Virus record (IMG/VR): IMGVR_UViG_3300027759_000087
Span: 901-64,900 of that record
Source of the DNA: a virus
Taxonomy: Duplodnaviria; Caudoviricetes
Length of the DNA stretch: 64,000 bases
Reading direction: 5' to 3' (one strand)
Shown here: positions 58,311 through 64,000 of the stretch, piece after piece
Layout of the letters: each line of letters begins with the position of its first letter
How positions within the stretch are numbered: position 1 is the first letter of the stretch
Position numbers and translations under genes: made by a program
Notes under the pieces: generated by a model
Told to the model about the DNA's origin: nothing
What the model saw: the letters and a program-made list of their open reading frames with translations, nothing else
Databases searched by the model: none

Positions 58311-58339
58311 ATTATAACACCTCCCAAAGGAGGTGTCAA
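58311..58339 (-). promoter_or_regulatory. perfect sigma70 promoter TTGACA-17-TATAAT with a palindromic spacer
   Basis: -35 at 58339-58334, -10 at 58316-58311; inverted repeat ACACCTCC-CAAA-GGAGGTGT at 58317-58336. Confidence 0.88.
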
Positions 58340-58355
58340 ATACTATTAAACCGTA

Positions 58356-59456
58356 TTATTTACGATCTTCTTTGTCAGTAGCCTGTGCAATATACTTGCC
58401 GTATTTTGCGTGGAATGCATCAAAACATTTGATTTCGTCCGGATCCAATGGCAATTTGTAAGTGCTCAATGCCAATTTAGTTCCCATAATAACCAATTCT
58501 GTTTCAAAATTGTCCATCATAAACTGGAAGAAATAGTTAGTTTGATCATTCCAATTCTTGGCATTCTTTTCGCAAGCATCTTTCAATTCGTAGCACAAAG
58601 ATACAGTCAAAGAATACATGGCACTAATTTCCTTAGTTTTCAGTTCTTTAACTTTGCCACTCAAAATGTCTGTAGGGTTAGGCATTTTGCTTGCATGTTT
58701 ACGGTGTGCCATAAACTTAAGAGCAAGACCTTCACCAACCGAACCGCTAACCAAATCAGTCAACGTATCTGCATCGCAGTCGTCGTCATGCAACAGTTCG
58801 CTAACAAACGACCAGCTACGTGGAGTAGCAAAAGAGCGTGAACTAGACTTTGGATCAAAGTCATACAAGTCTTTCTTACTGAAAGTCAAAAAGCCTACAA
58901 CTTCTTGATGAATCTTATTGTCAACAGCCCAGTCAAAATAGTCGTCCCAGTCAACTGTCATTTCTAAGTGAACAAAACGGTTAGCCAACGGAGCAGGCAT
59001 ACGGAATGTAACACCTTTGTCAGTTTCACGGTTACCAGCCGCTACCATTACAACATTGTCTGGCAAACTGTAAGTACCAACACGGCGATTCAAAATCAGC
59101 TGATAAGCCGCGGCCTGTACACTAGGTGCCGCACTGTTCATTTCGTCCATGAACAGGATAATTGTTTTATGTTTCTTAGCAAGTTCTGCATCTGGCAATT
59201 CGCTAGGAGGTGCCCAAACCATTTTGCTAGTGTTAGAATCAAAGTAAGGAATACCTTTAATGTCAGTAGGTTCCCAAAGACTCAAACGAACGTCGATTAC
59301 ATGAGCATCGAGTTCAGTACCAAGTTGTTTAATAATATCGGATTTACCAATTCCGGGAGGACCCCACAGGAAGATTGGACGTTTGTTTTTGAACGCTTTA
59401 CGCAGGGATTTTTTTGCGCCTTTTGGTCCAACTGTGCGGCTGTTAACTTCTGCCAT
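58356..59456 (-). CDS. MoxR/AAA_5-type AAA+ ATPase
   Basis: Walker A GPPGIGKS, Walker B LFMDE, AAGNR, LANRF, TPRSW. Confidence 0.92.
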   Translation of the reverse strand: MAEVNSRTVGPKGAKKSLRKAFKNKRPIFLWGPPGIGKSDIIKQLGTELDAHVIDVRLSLWEPTDIKGIPYFDSNTSKMVWAPPSELPDAELAKKHKTIILFMDEMNSAAPSVQAAAYQLILNRRVGTYSLPDNVVMVAAGNRETDKGVTFRMPAPLANRFVHLEMTVDWDDYFDWAVDNKIHQEVVGFLTFSKKDLYDFDPKSSSRSFATPRSWSFVSELLHDDDCDADTLTDLVSGSVGEGLALKFMAHRKHASKMPNPTDILSGKVKELKTKEISAMYSLTVSLCYELKDACEKNAKNWNDQTNYFFQFMMDNFETELVIMGTKLALSTYKLPLDPDEIKCFDAFHAKYGKYIAQATDKEDRK

Positions 59457-59516
59457 TTTGCATTTCCTTTAAGTTACGGGTTTAAATTGCTAGGTAATCT
59501 TTTACGCTATGTAAGT

Positions 59517-59545
59517 ATTATAGCACCGCAATGGAACTTAGTCAA
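59517..59545 (-). promoter_or_regulatory. sigma70 promoter TTGACT-17-TATAAT with extended TG
   Basis: -35 at 59545-59540, -10 at 59522-59517, upstream of the AAA gene. Confidence 0.85.
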
Positions 59546-59940
59546 GCAGAATCTTCAGTACTTTGCCTATTTTTCATGGCCTTAATCAGCCCAAATTTAC
59601 GAATGTCATCTGAAAACATATAAAGCTCAAAACTTTTCTTTTCAGAAAATACAGTAATACTTTGATTGGTAAGGTAGTATGGGCAGTCAATGTATCTGTC
59701 CATAAAAATGATTGTTTGGGGACTTAAATCGATTGGTTCGGTAAACGGAATTTCATAACTTGCCAAATCCAATTCAGCAGTTAAAAATTCGTAGCCATCT
59801 TCGGTAAGCCTGAGCCCGCCGCTAAGTTTAGTTCTGTTGTTTATAAACCACTTTCTTTGAAATATCTTGACATTAGTATCATCGCTACTTTTGTCCCAAT
59901 ATTTTAAAAAGATTTTAGTGTATGTTTCTTTTGATATCAT
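59542..59940 (-). CDS. hypothetical protein (132 aa)
   Basis: Packed ORF with GGLRLT..G and CPYY motifs. Confidence 0.78.
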   Translation of the reverse strand: MISKETYTKIFLKYWDKSSDDTNVKIFQRKWFINNRTKLSGGLRLTEDGYEFLTAELDLASYEIPFTEPIDLSPQTIIFMDRYIDCPYYLTNQSITVFSEKKSFELYMFSDDIRKFGLIKAMKNRQSTEDSA

Positions 59941-60221
59941 TTAACTACAGTACCGGTGGTAAGTTTGTAAACGTCAAACTCCTTGGTGCCAAAAGTTAAA
60001 TTTAATTTTTTTGCTAGATTGATTGCATGACCAGGGTTGCTAAAACTTGTCTTTTTATACTTAGGGCCTGGATAACTTGTAACACTACTAAAAGACTTGA
60101 GATTGAACGGCTCGCCTTTGTAGAATACTGCCCAAATGGCTTCAGACTCCAAAACCTGTTCGGCTTTGTAAGTCTTTTTGTTTATGTATTCTAGTAATAC
60201 TTTTGGTTTTGGTCGACTCAT
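59937..60221 (-). CDS. hypothetical basic protein (94 aa)
   Basis: MSRPKPKVLLE...GPKYKKTSFSNPGHA.NLAKKLN; preceded by GATAAATA at 60248-60255. Confidence 0.8.
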   Translation of the reverse strand: MSRPKPKVLLEYINKKTYKAEQVLESEAIWAVFYKGEPFNLKSFSSVTSYPGPKYKKTSFSNPGHAINLAKKLNLTFGTKEFDVYKLTTGTVVK

Positions 60222-60254
60222 AATATACGTCTCGATATGTACGTATATATTTAT

Positions 60255-60503
60255 CTATTTTTGCTCTCCAAAGCCACCACCGTCGAGTTGTATATTAACT
60301 ACTTCATTAGCACTAGATTGTTTTAATGCATGAAACAAGCTCTCATAATCCTGTGTTAATTTAGCCAACACTTCCGTAAGAGTTATATTAAGCAATCTAG
60401 CCTGTTGAATAGTCATTTTAAGTTCTTTTTGTTGACTAAGTTCTGCGGCCTTCAACAGTTGTGCAAACTGCATTAAAGATGCAGTATTAACTGGATTTTG
60501 CAT
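60255..60503 (-). CDS. hypothetical protein (82 aa)
   Basis: Packed ORF ending V.IQLDGGGF. Confidence 0.75.
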   Translation of the reverse strand: MQNPVNTASLMQFAQLLKAAELSQQKELKMTIQQARLLNITLTEVLAKLTQDYESLFHALKQSSANEVVNIQLDGGGFGEQK

Positions 60504-60972
60504 TTGCTAGTACCGCCTTCATTTCAAATTCACTAGTAAACGGTCCTTTATTAGGATAACGTTCAATAGTAATTAGTTTAGGACAAAAACTTCGAACCCA
60601 ACCTTTTTCAAATTTAATTGTATAGTATCCTGCACAATATAAGCTCTTACTTGCATTGCTTTTAGTAAACAATGGTAACTTACGTTTTACATCGTACATA
60701 CTGTTATAAGGTTTGCACATTGCCGGGAAACCATGTACTTCATATGTTTCAGGCTCTGCAGAAGTTACTTTAACTTTGGTATTCTTTAAAAAGAATTCTT
60801 TACCAAATTGTTTTTGTAAATCTTCTTTTTTGTTAAACATTACTTCACCGTTAGTGCTCGATAACACAAACCGATTATTTTCTTTTTTGTGTAGTGTAGC
60901 AATTTTAGTGCCGTCTCGTTCTACTATCCAAAATTTGCCATCTACGATGGGCTTTGCGTGTATCTCTGTCAT
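60487..60972 (-). CDS. hypothetical protein (161 aa)
   Basis: GAGG SD; packed ORF. Confidence 0.8.
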   Translation of the reverse strand: MTEIHAKPIVDGKFWIVERDGTKIATLHKKENNRFVLSSTNGEVMFNKKEDLQKQFGKEFFLKNTKVKVTSAEPETYEVHGFPAMCKPYNSMYDVKRKLPLFTKSNASKSLYCAGYYTIKFEKGWVRSFCPKLITIERYPNKGPFTSEFEMKAVLANAKSS

Positions 60973-61039
60973 AGTTATTACCTCACAATTATCTGTCTTA
61001 TTAGGACATGTTTTTTATAAGCACATTCTTCAATGTACA

Positions 61040-61753
61040 TTATTCTTCCTTTGATGCTATTTCGTTAGCAAGCTGTTCGTAAATCTCATTATCCATAAAA
61101 GGATAAAATGCAAATCCTTCTTTTAATTCAGGAGTAATTGCATGATCTAACCATATGTCAAATGCAATGCTTACTCGAGGTGTTTTCCCTCGATACACAT
61201 CAGTATAGTGTGGCAAGCACGATGGAAATATTGTTACTCCGCCTTTTATATTATCAAACCCATTAAAATCTCTTGCTTCAAATGGTGGAGAATACATTGT
61301 CTTAGTATGATAGTTATCTAAATGCATATTACCACTTAGGTACGCACTAGACTCGGAACCATGCGAATGTTTAGTAATAGCTTTATTATCTTTAATAACA
61401 TTAAACCAACAAACTACACTAGAAGCTCTTATTGCGCTAAGATCCTGAATAACAAATTCTAAATATGATTTACGTAAGAATTTTAATAGATCTTTTAGTT
61501 CTGGTAACTCTGTATGAAAATCAAATAAATTATATTGCCCGGATCGACTAGTAACACTTTCGTAACCTAATCCAGTTCCGTGATCGTTATTTGAAGGATA
61601 ATCATTTAAAATTTGTTCTTCCTTAATCAACAACCACTCGCGAATTTTATCTACTTTTTCTGTGTCGTTCCAATGATCATGGCCTACTGGGAAATTCCAA
61701 GTTGGCGCATACTCGCTTAACGGAAATCCACTTTTTAATCTTTGAATTTTCAT
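61040..61753 (-). CDS. putative 2OG-Fe(II) oxygenase (TIGR02466-like)
   Basis: CWFN...HSH...YLSG..H and G...IFPS.LPH...RVSIAFD. Confidence 0.75.
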   Translation of the reverse strand: MKIQRLKSGFPLSEYAPTWNFPVGHDHWNDTEKVDKIREWLLIKEEQILNDYPSNNDHGTGLGYESVTSRSGQYNLFDFHTELPELKDLLKFLRKSYLEFVIQDLSAIRASSVVCWFNVIKDNKAITKHSHGSESSAYLSGNMHLDNYHTKTMYSPPFEARDFNGFDNIKGGVTIFPSCLPHYTDVYRGKTPRVSIAFDIWLDHAITPELKEGFAFYPFMDNEIYEQLANEIASKEE

Positions 61754-62397
61754 ATACTTTCCTTAAATTGTTTTAGCTCTTGTAATCTATTAGGATCACC
61801 AAACGTTCCATCAAACCATGTGTTAAAAGACAGTACACATCGGACATTAGGGTTAAGTCCTTGCCCGTCAACTGAATGATATGTTTGCGATGGAAATAAA
61901 ATCAAACGTCCAGTTTTGACTGATAACTCGTTCCAATCAGCAGTCCATGGCTGATCGGTACAACTAGGGTCAGTTTCCCAGTCAATAAACGGTGTTGAAT
62001 GCCCGCCAGATTTAGAATGAAAACGTATTCCTTGAGATCCTTCAGGCGCCATAACATAGTAAGCACCGCTAATTATACTGTTTGGGTGTGCATGAATAAA
62101 CAGTTGTTGCACTACATTTTTATGCATTAGACACCAACTTTGTGTTATTTTTAATTTACTAGATGTAGCCATGACATTTTTAGTATAATTATCAATGCGG
62201 CTTTGAATCCAGTTTCTTAATGTAGGTGCGTGGGTTTCTAAAATATAATTATTTTTAGTAGTATTAAACTGCCCTGTATTATAGGATGCATTGTAAGCAG
62301 TAGCCAACAATTGATCATGATCCTCAACAGGAATATCAATATTATCTACAACCTCAACAGCGGTTGGAAATAGTAAATGTAATTTACTATTACTCAT
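61750..62397 (-). CDS. putative 2OG-Fe(II) oxygenase (TIGR02466-like)
   Basis: LFPT, ITQSW, HAHPNSIISGAYY, GRLILFPS..YHSV, R.VLSFN. Confidence 0.85.
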   Translation of the reverse strand: MSNSKLHLLFPTAVEVVDNIDIPVEDHDQLLATAYNASYNTGQFNTTKNNYILETHAPTLRNWIQSRIDNYTKNVMATSSKLKITQSWCLMHKNVVQQLFIHAHPNSIISGAYYVMAPEGSQGIRFHSKSGGHSTPFIDWETDPSCTDQPWTADWNELSVKTGRLILFPSQTYHSVDGQGLNPNVRCVLSFNTWFDGTFGDPNRLQELKQFKESI

Positions 62398-62894
62398 TAC
62401 TCGGGCTTTGGAAATTCTTCACTAAACGGCCAACTTGTACTAGGGTTAGGCTTGGCTCTTAGTTTAACATTTTCTTCAATTATTGTGCCATCTTCTTCAC
62501 ACAAGCTAACTTGATACGGAGCATCAATGAGTAAGTAATCATCTTCAACTTGCCAATCGTGTTCACCATCAAACAACCAGCCAGCACCGCCTTCATGATA
62601 AGCAGTTTCAAATGCTTCTTTTTGCTCGTCGGTAAAGTCATCGCTATATTCAAAATAGCAAGCAACTCCATCTTCAAGTTCCGATCCCCACCCAAAGTCT
62701 GTCTTTGCGTATGCTTGTGTTGCGCCTTCGTAGGGAAGATTTATATCCATGTCTGCTTCAACAAACCCTTGTCCCCAGCGATAGTGGTCTTCGATATTGA
62801 CCCAACTAGTAGAACCGTCAGCATTGTCTCGAAACAGTTCTATACACCAGCAGATGCTTTTCTTATGTAAAGGTTTGATTAAGTATACAGACAT
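62397..62894 (-). CDS. hypothetical acidic protein (165 aa)
   Basis: AAGGAG-like SD; packed ORF. Confidence 0.78.
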   Translation of the reverse strand: MSVYLIKPLHKKSICWCIELFRDNADGSTSWVNIEDHYRWGQGFVEADMDINLPYEGATQAYAKTDFGWGSELEDGVACYFEYSDDFTDEQKEAFETAYHEGGAGWLFDGEHDWQVEDDYLLIDAPYQVSLCEEDGTIIEENVKLRAKPNPSTSWPFSEEFPKPE

Positions 62895-62903
62895 TATTCT
62901 TCC

Positions 62904-63095
62904 TTATTGATCTAAAGGTAAGTTATTCCATTCTTTAACTAGAGCAAGTACTTCTTCTTCTGTGTTGCACAGAGTCTTTGTATTTGACCAATCTTCTTTT
63001 TTATTGCGACCACCAATTTCTACCATCCAACCGTTGTCGTAACGATTGATAGTGATTTGTTCATTTACTTTTGCTAATTTAGATAGTTGTGACAT
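62904..63095 (-). CDS. hypothetical protein (63 aa)
   Basis: AAGGAG SD inside the 3' end of the RNase H gene. Confidence 0.75.
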   Translation of the reverse strand: MSQLSKLAKVNEQITINRYDNGWMVEIGGRNKKEDWSNTKTLCNTEEEVLALVKEWNNLPLDQ

Positions 63096-63999
63096 TTAGT
63101 TCTCCTTGATATCTAGCTTGGAACGGTTCAGCATACGATTGTATGTTGTCTGCAATCTTTTTCATGTCCCATGCATTGCAGAATTTTAACATACGAATAC
63201 CAACCTGATCTACAGTCTTTGGTACTGCGTTTGTTTCAATTGTTTCTTGAATACATTGTTTAATGTCAGCAGGTTGTGCTGTTAAGTCGCACAAGTGTAC
63301 ATTACGCAAATAATCTTCTAGAACTCTGTGTTCTTGTCCATTGTGGTCGACCCAACGTTGCAACATGAGATTGTTCCAAGAATACCCTTTAGAGTTGCGA
63401 TCTTGAAACGCCTCCATGAGACCAACTTTATTCTTTGACCCTTTTGTTCGTACACCTGGATAAGCTGAAAATACATTGTCTGATGTGTCGCCTCGCATAC
63501 ATTTTTCGAATAGCATCCATTCAGGGTCTTGTGCAGGCTTAGGCTCGCCTGTCTTTTTGTCTTTAACGGGTTTACCTTTAGCATCAAACGTTCCTTCGTG
63601 TGTAATATGTAAATCACCCACACCGTTATATTGACTAACAGTGGGACTTACTAGTTGTGCAAAATCGCCGTCTGTTGAAATAATAACGTGTTTTGCATCT
63701 GGATGTGCTTGTGTCCAACCAGCAATTAAATCGTCTGCTTCTAATCGAGGATGCTGTAAGATTGTAGCATTAGTCTTTTCTGTTACAAACTTTTTAAACT
63801 CGTCAAATGCTTCCCAGAACAGTTTATCTTCTTCTTGTTCTCGTTCAGTAAGTGCGGCACGGGCTTCGGATCGATTGGCTTTGTACGGCTTGTAAAAATC
63901 TTTGCGCCAGCTTCTACCTTCGAGACAGAATACTACGTGAGTACCGCCAAAATCGTTCCATGCTTTTTTGATACTGTTAAGTGTAATGTGAAAAGCCAT
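63079..63999 (-). CDS. rnh: 5'-3' exonuclease / RNase H (T4 rnh-like), 5' end beyond the window
   Basis: SWRKDFY..YKANR, LEADDLIA, ISTDGDF.QL, GDTSDNV. Confidence 0.92.
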   Translation of the reverse strand: MAFHITLNSIKKAWNDFGGTHVVFCLEGRSWRKDFYKPYKANRSEARAALTEREQEEDKLFWEAFDEFKKFVTEKTNATILQHPRLEADDLIAGWTQAHPDAKHVIISTDGDFAQLVSPTVSQYNGVGDLHITHEGTFDAKGKPVKDKKTGEPKPAQDPEWMLFEKCMRGDTSDNVFSAYPGVRTKGSKNKVGLMEAFQDRNSKGYSWNNLMLQRWVDHNGQEHRVLEDYLRNVHLCDLTAQPADIKQCIQETIETNAVPKTVDQVGIRMLKFCNAWDMKKIADNIQSYAEPFQARYQGELNVTTI

Positions 64000-64000
64000 G

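Noticed and set aside
11301-58339. Upstream starts given by the ORF track for gp47 (11339), gp55 (12201), the 55890 gene (56552) and the vWA gene (58339)
   Set aside because: These extensions run through promoters or upstream genes, and downstream ATGs with good SD sequences fit better.
1-64000. Stop-codon reassignment, as in some jumbo phages
   Set aside because: Core genes and a 17.9-kb ORF are intact under the standard code, and TAA, TGA and TAG all end plausible genes.

Overview
A 64 kb, AT-rich piece of a large T4-superfamily (jumbo-type) myophage genome, read with the standard bacterial code. From left to right: end of a head operon (core/scaffold-like gene, portal gp20); a tape-measure-like gene divergent from a gp26/gp51-like chaperone pair; a probable head-packaged protein; a ~460-nt highly structured non-coding element directly behind a small GIY-YIG nuclease gene; gp46/gp47 recombination genes and the gp55 late sigma factor; a baseplate/tail operon (gp48/54-, gp53-, hub-, gp5-, gp25- and gp6-like genes, a 5953-aa modular giant protein, and six fibre-like genes plus one small structural gene); a glycosyltransferase-like cluster; and an early region (thyX, vWA-metallopeptidase plus AAA ATPase, two 2OG-Fe(II) oxygenase-like genes, RNase H). 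Four sigma70-type promoters and many T4-type late promoter motifs (NATAAATA) are visible. Best leads: (1) the GIY-YIG gene plus the pseudoknotted putative ncRNA and adjacent origin-like hairpins at 6.8-7.75 kb; (2) a canonical -1 slippery site fusing the gp26-like and gp51-like ORFs; (3) overlapping early and late promoters at the late-sigma gene; (4) strong but patchy GCWGC avoidance; (5) nested module insertions in the giant baseplate protein. All calls come from reading motifs by eye; no searches or folding programs were run.
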